DNA of 64,000 nucleotides from Mytilus trossulus (Eukaryota): assembly GCF_036588685.1 (NCBI RefSeq), contig NC_086379.1, positions 77,686,001-77,750,000 of the forward strand. The letters run 5' to 3'. A program made the position numbers and the translations under genes. Under the pieces are notes generated by a model, which saw only the letters and a program-made list of their open reading frames with translations, had not been told where the DNA came from and made no database searches. Shown here piece after piece: positions 37,601 to 49,239 of this stretch (position 1 is the stretch's first letter; each line of letters opens with the position of its first letter).

Positions 37601-40600
37601 TCATGTTAGCAGAACCAGTATCCTTGCTGCTACCAAACAATGGACTATTATGACCTGTTTTCCTTTCCCATCCGCCATGAAAATCGTATGACATTAAGTT
37701 TAGAAAGTCCAAATATCTGCAATAATGAACATTTAAAATTAGGCATGTTTTATGATTATGTAAATTCGTGTTTGCATAATTAAACAAATGATATCATTTG
37801 ATAATTTCCCGTTCCTAGAAAACTGATCAAAAGCTAAGTTGGTTTGACAATTTCATTTTAATAAATATTGGTATAATATATGTTTTGTTGACACAGAAAA
37901 AAAGTAAAAAGGTAATGTTGTAAAAGGGTACAATTATCAATTTAAAACTATTGATAAAGCCCAGACTAAACTGGTTTTAACTGATTCTGCTTTTGTCGTA
38001 GACTGGTGTTTGATTATAAACGGGTGCATTTCTATGTCATCGTTTTGTCGGCCATGGTTTTGCTTTGCTTAAGCATTTAGGTTCAACCGTTAACTCACTA
38101 AAATTTTGAATCATCATCTACGTGGATATGTCGGAAATGTTTAGAGAAGAAGTATATACAATTACAAACCTAATAAATCAAGTACAATAAAAAAAAAAGT
38201 CACGGCAGTATGCCAAGGAGGAGTATTTGTAATTTTTAAAATTATCTTTACTATTGTTGTAAAGTCTTTCAACCACTCTTTCGGTTGTGTGTGATTTGTT
38301 TGAAATGTTTACTAATATATTTAACGCTCTGTAAAATGCGCTTTGTGTGCAGTATTTATTTACGATTCAAATATATACCCTTACTTAGATATTTACGATT
38401 CAAATATATACCCTTACTAAGATAATGTTGGTATAACTGAAACCTTTACACCTTTCCACTTCCGCTGAGACTAGTAGTTGTTGAGACTGTACGCGGTGCA
38501 TACAATGTGTTTTTTAATATGATTTTACTCACTTAGATAGTGTTGGTGTATCGTAAACCGAATATTAAACATTTCTACCAATAGGAGCAGCAGCTTATGA
38601 CTATGAGTTGTGTACCGTGTTTTTTTTTTATGATTTAGGTATGTATTATACTTGCTTAGATAGTGTTGGTATATCGTATCCCGAATCTACCACCTTTCTA
38701 CCAGTAGGTACCGCCGCTGAGACTAGTAGTCTACGACGTAAAGATTTCTGTGCCTCCATATCAAAAGCCTCTTTAATTTCCTACATCAAAAATAGAACAA
38801 GCATTGAAAAGCTGTAATTGTTGTAAAATGGATCTTGATGATACTAATATTATTTTCGGGGAATGACCATTTTATTTTTTTTGGAAGAGAGAATGAGTAA
38901 ATAACTTTGCACAAGGGTGAATTAAAATGAATATTCAGCAACACAAAATGAATGAATCAAATATGTGCAAAAGTGAAAAGATGCATAGCAACAGATGACA
39001 ACAATTGATCAATCCAGGGGAAACTATCCTACCTTCACCCCCTCCTTAAACCAAAAGCTTGGTCCCTTATTATAATGAGACGAAAAATAAAAAAAAATAA
39101 TAATAAATATGCATTTTAAAAGTAAAATAACAAAAATACTGAACTTAGAGGAAACTCAATTCGGAAAGTCCATAAGCACATGGCAAAATCAAATAACAAA
39201 ACGCATAAAAAACGAATGGACAAGAACTGTCATATTCCGGACTTGGTACAGGCATTTACAAATGTAGAAAATGGTGGATTAAACCTGGTTCTATAGCGCT
39301 AACCCTCTCACTTTAATGACAGTCTTATCAAATTCCGTTATATTTACATTGATGCGTTAAATAAACAGACACAATAAATAAAATATTCAAAATATGGGTA
39401 CATCAGTCATCATCGTATAACAATTTTAAAAGGAACAATTTAACAGAACAGAAAAGCATCTACTATCTACGAACACATTGATTGATTTGAGTGTCTGACG
39501 TCACAAATTGCTTTATACGTCACATAAATTTGTCGTTCAATGTGCATACAAACAATTTTAAAATTTACATAGGCAATGTTAGCATACAGGTGTAAAAAAA
39601 AAAGTATGTAAGAATAAATTTGAGAAATAGACCGAGATTTAAACTAGTATAGTTAATTCCACTACACGATTGAATGATTATGACGTTTTTGGTTCAACGT
39701 ATATAGTAATTCATAATAGAAATATATCATTATGACATATAATAGAACAATATCATACTGACGGGATCTTTTAAAGTACAGAGTCACGTTATAAGAACAA
39801 AAGAAATACAAAAAGTCGCATATAGAAAACAAACCACCAAAAAATGAAAGCCAATACAAACACATAGACGAGATGTATAAGTACCGAGCCACGTCAAACG
39901 GATATCACATAAAACCATTCAACAGTAAAAGTAATATTAATAATAGAACAAAGACAAATGAAAGAACAATGAAACACGTTGTTAAGATGATAAACAATAT
40001 CAGTACGCAGAATCTATACACCAAGACCATCGTGTTTGATACGGAATAGTTATCAACAAGGTCTTAGTACCTTCCGATGTTAAACGATGTTAAATAAAGG
40101 CAAAAGTAGTATACCGCTGTTCAAAACTCATAAATCCATGGACAAACAAGAATGTGTCCTCAGTACACGAATGCCCCACTCGCACTATCATTTTCCATGT
40201 TCAGTGGACGGTAAAATTGTGGTAAAAACTCTAATTTGGCATTAAAATTAGAAAGATCATATCATAGGGAACATGTGTACTAAGTTTGAAGTCGATTGGA
40301 CTACAACTTCATCAAAAACTACCTTGACCAAAAACTTTAACCTGAAGCGGGACAGACGGACGGACGAACGGACGCACAGACCAGAAAACATAATGCCCCT
40401 CTACTATCGTAGGTGGGGCATAAAAACAAAATTGGGGTAACAAACTACAACCGAGGGAAACGCTAAAACTAAATTCAAAGTTGAAGGTTGTAATGAGAAC
40501 AGCACAAATTTAGTGGAATGAAAATAACTTGAATTACCTTAAGAAGGAGGGCAAAGTTAGGTTTATCCTCCATTTTCCCTTGTCTGAGAGTTGGATATTC

Positions 40601-43600
40601 CCAGTCGATATCTAATCCATCAAAGTTGTGTTTACGTAAAAATTCCATCGTAGACATTATGAACGTCATCCGGTTTTCTGGCGTCGCCACCATATCAGAA
40701 AAAGCTTTACTGCCTGCATTCCATCCACCTATAGCTAACATTGTCTTAACTCCTCGTGTTTTATTCTTTTTACCATTGAATTCTTTATACCTGAAAACTC
40801 AAATAAATAACAGTCAATTAAATTATATAATGTGTATCAATGATTTAAATTATATTTTAATCATATATTTTTGTTTTGATATGTATTAGAACAAACGGTT
40901 TTGGTCACAATTAAATCTTCATAAAATATATATTACGCATAGAAATGAATGGATATGCCATCTTTTAATTGCCATCTTTATTAAAAGATATAATTTTCGC
41001 TGATGACTGCATAAAATAATACATTTTGTTTGGTATTGTATGGTTGGCCATCTTTGTTCGCATAACAATGTGAAACAAAACACAAATTGAATGTTTACAA
41101 TTATTTGGCTTTTTAACTATTTTGATGTGAGCGTCACTGGTGAGTCTTCGGTCTGGCGTATCAAAAATATAAGATAATTATATGTGTTTGTAATGTCAAA
41201 AATAACTTACAACTTTTCATCATTGTACTCTGTAAACACAAGTTTCTTGCCTTCCAATCTAGCAAATGCATAAACAATATGTGTACAGAGATCTGGGTTG
41301 ATATTGTCAGGTGTAAACTTGGCGCCATTGTTACGATACTGGGCCCAGTTAGTGAAGTAGCATATTCGTCGAAAAGTCTTTATTTCTGAAAAAAGAAAAA
41401 CTTACTCAAAGTCTACTTCCAATCAAACATAAACACGAGATATTTTAGTTGTTTTACTGTTAGAAGACATTTCTTCCAGAAAAGCTACTGCTGATCTTAA
41501 CATACAACTTAGATCTTTGGAAACAAAAATAGTTCTCAAAATGCATTTTTTTCTTTTGTCAATTGATGATAAACTCTAAGGGGATGAATTTAAGCTGCTT
41601 TTGAAATATTTACCGAACGTAGAAATAGGAAAATACATGCTGATGGTGTCTATGCATAGATCACAAAAATTGCTTGAATCTTAGATATACTACTAGGTTG
41701 ACTCTTTTTGTAAAAGAAAAGAGGAACGAAAGATACCAAAGGACAGTCAAACTCGTAAATCCAAAACAAACTGACAACGCCATGGCTAAAAATGAAAAAG
41801 ACAAACAGAAAAACAATAGTACACATGACACAACATAGAAAACTAAAGAATAAACAACACGAACCCAACCAATAACTAGGGGTGATCTCAGGTGCTCCGG
41901 AAGGGTAAGCAGATCCTGCTCCACATGCGGCACCCGTCATGTTGCTTATTTGATTACAAATCCGGTAAATAGTATAATTCGGTAGGTCAAATTCATGAAA
42001 GGGAAGGGGATTGTAGTTACGACGTAAGGAAAATATCCGATATCATTTGTGAAAGGGTTATTCCATAACGGTCAACCAACTCGTGATGGCGTTCGTAAAA
42101 TTTACGAAGGGATGATTGTAAATGTTCTTACCCTGTGTTGTCAGCTATGTAATCAGTGTTTCGGTACTGAGATGTTTTATTGAATATTTTTCTTAAATTT
42201 TGGAAAGACAAAATGTATTAAGAAAATAGATTCACGAGTCACTCAGAAAAATTTGTCCTTACTGAAATGTGTTTGGCTATTAGTGTTTTGTCCCTATTGG
42301 TCATCCCGTGTTTCGAAACTTTTACATCTTTGGATTCTATTATTAGGCCGCAGGTGTTTCTGATAAAGTTAATCCAGAAAAGCGCTTCTGAGTTTTCTCG
42401 TTTGAATTGTTTTACATTGTCTTATCGGGGTCTTTTATGGCTGACTATACGGTATGGGCTTTGTTCGTTGTTGAAGGCCGTACGGTGACATATAGTTGTT
42501 AATGTCTGTGTCATTTTGGTCTTTTGTGGATAGTTGTCTCATTGGCAATCATACCACATCTTTTTTTATAAGATTACTAAGGACCAATTTTATATTTTTT
42601 ATTACCACATTGTTCATCTGTCCCATCTAAACAGTCTTGATCACCATCACAGACAAAGGCATTGTTCACACAGACTCCATTACTACACTGAAAATTATCA
42701 TCCGGGCATCTTCTCGTGTTATCGTCTGTTCTTGCTAAAATATATCAAAATTAATCATGCTTTTTGTATATCTTTAACTGATTCACTGTCTTTATCGACC
42801 AAAATTTAGCCTCCAAGTCTTTTCCAAAAATATGTCACGAAACTCGTTAATTTTAGAACCAAACTATGCACTTGGAAAATCCCAATGCAAAGGTATCGCG
42901 CTTCTACTGCTGCCAAATGTCACTATTTGCGGGAGCTTTCACCCATGGAAGCTCCCAAATGGAAACTATGTGAGCGATTTGTGTCCACCATTTTAAACAA
43001 AACAGTTAATTTAACAATGCTATAGGCTTTTAAAAGTATGTAGAAGCAAATAAAAACAACATTAAAATACATTTGTAAGCCCACTTGAAGGTTTTTTAGG
43101 ACTACAAAAGAGTCCTCCTGTACGTATACATGGCGATTTGAAAAGTTTTCATGTAAGCTACTGCTATGCATCTGCCTACGAATAAAAAAATCCCTGCACG
43201 ACCGTCTAAAGCAAAGGCCAACACATCTCACTGTAATTTCACACGAAGCAAAAAACAATGCAAGTTCAAACGGCGTTTAAAATCCATCAAATAGGATGGG
43301 GTATAAGTGAAAACTGGATGGGGTATAAGTGAAAACTCGACAACAGTCAATTCGTCCTAACAAGAATCTAAGTTTAATCTAGAATTTGATATAAAAGTGA
43401 TATATGACTTACGACAGGATTGTTCATCTGAACTATCAGAGCAGTCTGGATCATTGTCACACACCCATTGTTTCGGTATACATGTACCAGTCTTACATCT
43501 GAATTGTGTTTCTAAGCAGTCTTTAAGTTAAGAAAAAACGTTCATTAATATATAATCACTGTCTGTAAATCAAACGATGCTCTCGCCCACTATCAAATCA

Positions 43601-44326
43601 GAATTATGACAGAAGTTTTTCCCGTAAAATAAGAAGTAAAAAAAAAATCAGTGTAATTCCTTTTTGTATGCAGTATCATTATTACGAGTCATCATAATCA
43701 GTCTTATATATGTGTAATTGAATATATGCCTATTAAATGAGTCATCTTAAATTGTTTTTGTTTAAACTGCTTGTTTTAATATTGGCGAATATACTTTTGG
43801 GACCAAAGATTGACGTTTATTTTAAAGCATAAATTTTACATGATTACTTAGTATAAAGGATAAATTAACGCCATTAATATTCATTAGTGAAATATAAAAC
43901 TCTATACATACCTTGTTGTGCATTTAAATATCCTATTTGAATTATAACAATGAATAAAACGTTAAGTCCCAGTTCCTGAAAATGAAATTAAGGCATTGCG
44001 TACATTCATGTTTGTGAGTAGGAAAACTGTTTGATAAGTTAAACTTATAGTACAGCAGAAAGTGACATGCATGAAATTATTATGATTGTTTTTATTATCA
44101 AATACTTATAAAAATCGACTGTTACTTTCCGATATCGTTTTGAAAATAAATACAGCCATCACTATAACGTTATTAGTACACGTGTTATAAATACGAGCTT
44201 GCAAACAAATATTCTCAAACTGATACAAATAATATATTATAACTTGCGTACCAAAAGATTTTGAATAAAAATATCTAATGTTTTATCATAATTTATAATT
44301 AATTAATTAAATTTGGTTCTTACCAT
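31696..44326 (-). CDS. GH18 chitinase: signal peptide, 2x LDL-receptor class A, GH18, Thr-rich linker, CBM14 (about 628 aa, 12 coding exons)
   Basis: Exons 44326-44324 (ATG), 43975-43912, 43520-43413, 42734-42606, 41385-41211, 40790-40538, 38780-38656, 37716-37596, 35810-35622, 34738-34616, 34066-33667, 31892-31696 total 1887 nt in phase. Motifs: [26 protein letters not shown] (catalytic DxDxE intact), [20 protein letters not shown], and a C-terminal six-Cys peritrophin-A domain. Confidence 0.92.
32433..32881. mobile_element. Fold-back MITE with about 200-bp imperfect inverted arms, in the last chitinase intron
   Basis: ttagaatgaaattcaaaacagtgtggctgtggccattgattgaca... pairs with ...tgtcaatcaatggccacagccacactgttttgaatgtcattctaa; the centre is also self-complementary. 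Confidence 0.85.
36124..36220. repeat. Perfect 48-bp inverted repeat with a 1-nt spacer
   Basis: 36124-36171 is the exact reverse complement of 36173-36220. Confidence 0.92.
37128..37478 (+). repeat. 44/45-bp minisatellite, about 8 copies
   Basis: Unit acatatcatatcacgatattcacttggcaaggattacaataata. Confidence 0.92.
39118..40465 (-). mobile_element. Long composite dispersed repeat (family 3) in a chitinase intron
   Basis: 39118-39390 matches 26775-27087 reversed; 40095-40465 matches 45200-45290 and is interrupted by a Helentron-like insert. Confidence 0.6.
40146..40425 (+). mobile_element. Non-autonomous Helentron/pearl-like element
   Basis: Starts aacaagaatgtgtcc, contains a GACG microsatellite (40352-40380) and a 3' hairpin atgcccc...ggggcat, and is inserted in an A-run. 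Confidence 0.75.
41716..42117 (-). mobile_element. 5'-truncated Penelope-like retroelement: RT C-terminus plus 3' tail (family 2)
   Basis: The minus strand encodes [32 protein letters not shown], then the tail ending ggtatctttcgttcctctttt. Clade assignment is from recalled similarity to mollusc PLE-type RT C-termini. Confidence 0.7.
42606..42734 (-). CDS. Chitinase exon encoding LDLa repeat 2
   Basis: 129-nt phase 1-1 exon (TTTTAG...GTAATA): [42 protein letters not shown]. Confidence 0.88.
43413..43520 (-). CDS. Chitinase exon encoding LDLa repeat 1
   Basis: 108-nt phase 1-1 exon (AG...GTAAGT): [36 protein letters not shown]. Confidence 0.88.
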
Positions 44327-45739
44327 GTCATTAAAGTTAACTCAATTTTAAGTAAAATTTCATTCAGTCTGAAATTTGTATTTTTCCAACAATATGGACA
44401 ACAATATATAAAATGTTACCAATTAGTGTTATTTCTTAAGTAGAAAAACATGTCGGTAATTTGGAATCACAAAAAACGATCCCATTTTGTTAAATGGTTT
44501 GTACATATGCCAATTTACAGAAAAACGGTGGCTAGGTATAAATAATACAAATAGACTACACAACGTTACACAGTATACTACATCGTATTTCCTTGTCGCA
44601 CACCATTTCAATTCAATACACTTTGATAAACAACCGCTAATAGGCTATAAAAATGTCAAAAGTACATGTAAAATAGATTTATAATAATTACCTATAATTA
44701 CCAAAAAACATGTGTTTGCATATTTTTGTTCAGAAATTTTACTCAATCATTGTATTACTATGTGTGCCAATTGCATAAATAAGATGTTTATATTAATCCG
44801 TCAACATAAAAAAAACACCATACAGATACAATAAAATGTTTACAAAATAACCATTCACAGGTTAAAATATGTATCAATATTTATTGCAATACCTGCTTTT
44901 AATTCCATTGGAGGACACAAGATTGGAATAATCCGGGGAAAAAAAGAAAATGAAAAGGAATAATTTCCAATAATACATGTATATTAAGGAAGTACTTCAG
45001 AACTAAATACGTCAAATTTGATGAATTGCTAATTGTATATAAAATAACGTTTATAGGATGTTATATCTAATTTTATTTGAAAGTTACGTAAACGGCAAAA
45101 ACAATATATTTGAATTAATAATAAGTACTAGTAATTTTGCTGAGGTGTTAACAATGAAGAAATTTAAGGAAGTGCAAAAAAGTAAATTAATTTATAAGGT
45201 AATGGCAACAGTAGTATACTGCTGTTCATTCATAAATCGATTGAGAAAAAAAACCAAATCCAGGTTACAAACTAAAACTGAGAGAATCACCTCAAATATA
45301 AGAGGAGAACAACGACACAACAGAAACGCAACACTAAATGGCAACGCACACAGAAAAGAACTATTATATTACAATGACCATTTTGCTAAACCATGATTTG
45401 AATACAGACTAAAAAAATGACCCGGTACGAACTGGCAACTTTACTAAATGTCTCCAACTTCATAACCAACATTCAAGATGCTTTTTTAACCTTAGACACG
45501 CCGTGAAAAATATGATGATAACATATTTTGAAATGTAATTAGAAGTATGAACATCAAGAAGGAAATATCTTGACATTACAATTTACTTGTATAGATAAAT
45601 CTATACCAATTAAGAACGCAAACTCCAGTACATTTGTATAACTATGTGTTTCCATTCAAAACACTTTATCTAACTTTTTCAAGAATAGTGAGATATTCTT
45701 TTTCTTGTTAAATTATACGGAGAAGCAGTAGATAACAAA

Positions 45740-45995
45740 GGAATTCATAAGTCATAAATAAACAGACAAAACCAAGATTAAATAAAGACAAATAGACAAA
45801 CAAACAAACAACATTACATAAAACTGGGGTGGTGTTAGGTAAACCGGAAGGGTGAGTAGGGTCTGTGAGCCGGAAGGGTTAGCATGGTCTTAGGTGAGCC
45901 GGAAGGGTTAGCATGGTCTTAGGTGAGCCGGGAGGGTTAGGAGGGTCCACATGTGGCATCCGTCGTGTTGCTCATGCAAGTACAAACACAGTGAT
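45740..45995 (-). mobile_element. Degenerate family 2 tail containing a 29-bp tandem expansion
   Basis: ccgg(a/g)aggg recurs at 45844, 45870, 45899 and 45928 inside sequence matching 41790-41970. Confidence 0.65.
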
Positions 45996-46551
45996 AATTA
46001 GATATAAGAAAATGTGGTATACAACAATTTTGTTAATAGATGTTTAAATTTCTACACTGGCACAAATTAATCTCCGGCGATATTTTTATAGATTAAAATT
46101 AAACGCGCGACAATGCTTATATTTCTATAAAAAAAAATCAGTGGTATACATACTGATCACATAACCTTTTCTACTATTGACTTCGAAAAGGGTTGTGGCT
46201 TGTTTTATAAACAGATGGAAAATCCTTTTTCATGATAGAGATATAAATTTCAATTTATGGACGTAGCTTCTGCTTTTAGGAGATTTGTTTTTAATCGGCC
46301 GTTGTTGTCTTTTTAGATTTTTCTATCTCTATATATCGTCTTATTGTCCGCTTGCTTAAAATGTTGACTAGCTTCAGCCTGGTGACTTCAATACTTGGTT
46401 TTGACATGTAATTGATCATTCAATATATAAAACTCCTACCACATTCATCGAAGATTGATTTTACATCAGTTTTAACGTTGTAATCATTACATTAACCTTT
46501 ACACAATACTGTTGATCTTCTGATAGATTATTCTGTTCACATATTCATTTG

Positions 46552-46948
46552 CTAAATTTAGTCCTGGTATCTATGATGAGTTTATTTACAACCACTGGGT
46601 CGATGCCACTGCCGGTGGAGATTTATTTCCCCGAGGGTATCACAAGCCCAGTAGTCAGCACAAAAAGTGCTGACATGAATTGTCATTGATATGGTTATAT
46701 TTATAAATTTACTGTTTACAAATTTTTGATTTTTTTGAAATATTAAGGCTTTTCTACCTCAGGCATAGATTACCTTAGCTGTATTTGGCAACACTTTTAG
46801 GAATTTTGGTCTAATGCTCTTCAACTTCGTACTTTTTTTGGCCTTTTTAACTTTTTTGGATTCGAGTGTCACTGATGAGTCTTTTGTAGACGAAACGCGT
46901 CTGGCGTATATACTAAATTTAGTCCTGGTATCTATGATGAGTTTATTG
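46552..46948 (+). mobile_element. Full-length non-LTR retrozyme monomer (361-bp period) with terminal direct repeat
   Basis: ctaaatttagtcctggtatctatgatgagtttatt occurs at both ends (gtcctgg at 46561 and 46922); the hammerhead lies just before the second copy. Confidence 0.85.
46858..46925 (+). ncRNA. Type I hammerhead ribozyme with intact core
   Basis: CUGAUGA 46872-78; stem II GUCU/AGAC with loop UUUGU; GAAA 46892-95; stem III CGC/GCG; GUA triplet with cleavage predicted after 46908; stem I AGUGU/AUACU plus distal GGAUU/AGUCC. Confidence 0.85.
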
Positions 46949-47588
46949 TAAACAGTTATTTCAAAACCATAACATTGAGAGAATGTATTTTGGGTCATTT
47001 GTTTATGTCTGTTCTAAAAAATTAATAACTGCAGACGGAGGGGATAGGATAAGAATTGTTTAACCCCTGAAATTGCAAATGTAGTAATCCTGTTCAAGAC
47101 TTTCGTGCTAATTTTGTTGATCATTGAACAGGTTATTACAATCTGGACTCTTCAGTAGAGAAAGATTACTTTCAATGTTAAAATGAAATTTTATTAAAAC
47201 CATATCGAAATTTACGTATTTGACTTAAAAATTCCAATTGCATGCATAGTTTTTGGTAAAAAAATAAGAGCAACCACTTAAAAAATAAATCCTTGTAAAA
47301 TACATTTTGTTGCACAATATAAAAGAGGTTTTACGCTGTCCGTGCTCATATCTAAATATCAACTACAAGATCTCAACTTGAGGCTTTTTTTGCCACCACC
47401 TTTACTAGTAATCTAACGTTAGAATCAATCCAAGATGTGCGAAATGTTTAAAATTGAATTCGAAAAAAAATCCTTTATATAATATGTTCTCTTTAGTGAA
47501 GACCCATCTAGGTTAATGATTATTGCCATTTATCAAAGACACACAATTTATAATGCCATGGCGTTGTCAGTTTATTTTCGATTTATAA

Positions 47589-48554
47589 TAAAATTGAGAA
47601 TGGAAATGGGGAATGTGTCAAAGAGACAACAACCCGACCAAATAAAAAACAAACAACAGCAGAAGGTCACCAACAGGTCTTCAATGTAGCGAGAAATTCC
47701 CGCACCCGGAGGCGTCCTTCAGCTGGTCCCTAAACAAATATATACTAGTTCAGTGATAATGAACGCCATACTAATTTCCAAATTGTACACAAGAAACTAA
47801 AATTAAAATAATACAAGACTAACAAAGGCCAGAGGCTCCTGACTTGGGACAGGCGCAAAAATGCGGCGGGGTTAAACATGATGTTTGTGAGATCTCATCC
47901 CTCCCCCTATACCTCTAGCCAATGTAGAAAAGTAAACGCATAACAATACGCACATTAAAATTCAGTTCAAGAGAAGTCCGAGTCTGATGTCAGAAGATGT
48001 AACCAAAGAAAATAAACAAAATGACAATAATACATAAATAACAACAGACTACTAGCAGTTAACTGACATGCAAGCGCCAGACTTCAATCAAACTGACTGA
48101 AAGATTATGATTTCATCATATGAACATCAGGCACAATCCTTCCCGTTAGGGGTTTAGTATCATACCATTATAACATATATGAGAAGAACATAACCCGTGT
48201 CATGCCAACAACTGTTTTTAGAATAAATGTGTTTAGTTCCGACGCAAAGACCTTATCAGTGACTCAATATTAACGCCAAAATATGCAATCTTTAATGACT
48301 TGACAACAGTATCGTAATTATATCTCTTCTTAATAAGTCTATTCAAAGGTTTTGTAAGTTTCTGAGGTGAATACTGACACCTTTGTGCTTTATACAGAAT
48401 ATTTCCATAAAAAATTGGATGTGAAATACCTGAACGTATAAGAAGTCTGCATGTTGAGCTATATTTACGAATGATGTCTTTATACCGATGATAAAATTTA
48501 GTAAATGTTTTGACTAGTTTGTGATATCGAAAACCCTGGTGTAATAATTTATCA
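47589..48554 (-). mobile_element. About 970-bp element (family 4) inserted into a family 2 tail
   Basis: Flanked by ttataa at 47583-88 and 48555-60; the host tail resumes on each side; short copies of its end at about 51080-51145, 54520-54680 and 55318-55445. Confidence 0.75.
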
Positions 48555-49239
48555 TTATAAGTTTGAATGTCCCTCTGGTATCTTTCGTCCCTCTTTTATA
48601 AAAATCTAGAGTACTAAAGAAACGAGTTTGCCGAATTTTCTGCAAACCACGTGGAGATATAGATTTAGATCGTATCGGTTTTTCTAAAATAATTTCTCTT
48701 ACATGCATCACATTTCATCACTTAATCCCTCGATTCACTCTACTTCTCGAGCTGGATAGGAAGCAGTATAAATGCTTCTATTATCCGCCACAAAATGATC
48801 AGATTAAATAACCAGAACCTTACAAGAAAAACACACAAAAAAGAGCAAATTTTGGTCTGAACAACTGATTTAACTGTCAATTTTAAATTGCTACAAGAAA
48901 ACGCAGTTTTTTGTAAAGTTCTGCTTGAAACTTTGGCTTGTCGCATTATAACTGAAAATCGAAGAAAAAAATATGCATTTGTCGCTTTTATGTAAAGTTT
49001 CTAATACATCTAATTCTATCTTCGACACAAACGCCAAAAAGAAAACAGAATTTAGCAAATCTACAAGTAATTTTTTGCAAGTCTTTTCAAAGTGACAATT
49101 CCATGCCTATATTTTTAGTAAAAGCGAAATCAGACATATACCACCTTAACCATATTCTATCGTCTAATAAAAACATCATCGTTGAGATTCGTTTATTTGA
49201 TGAAATAAGTGAAAAGTCGATATAATCAACGAGACAACA

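Noticed and set aside
41650-41940. Two overlapping ORFs of about 90 aa ([15 protein letters not shown]..., [15 protein letters not shown]...)
   Set aside because: Chance frames in the family 2 retroelement 3' tail; the same applies to 15166-15354 and 36822-37076.
46759-46998. 79-aa ORF
   Set aside because: Antisense reading of the retrozyme with no coding support.
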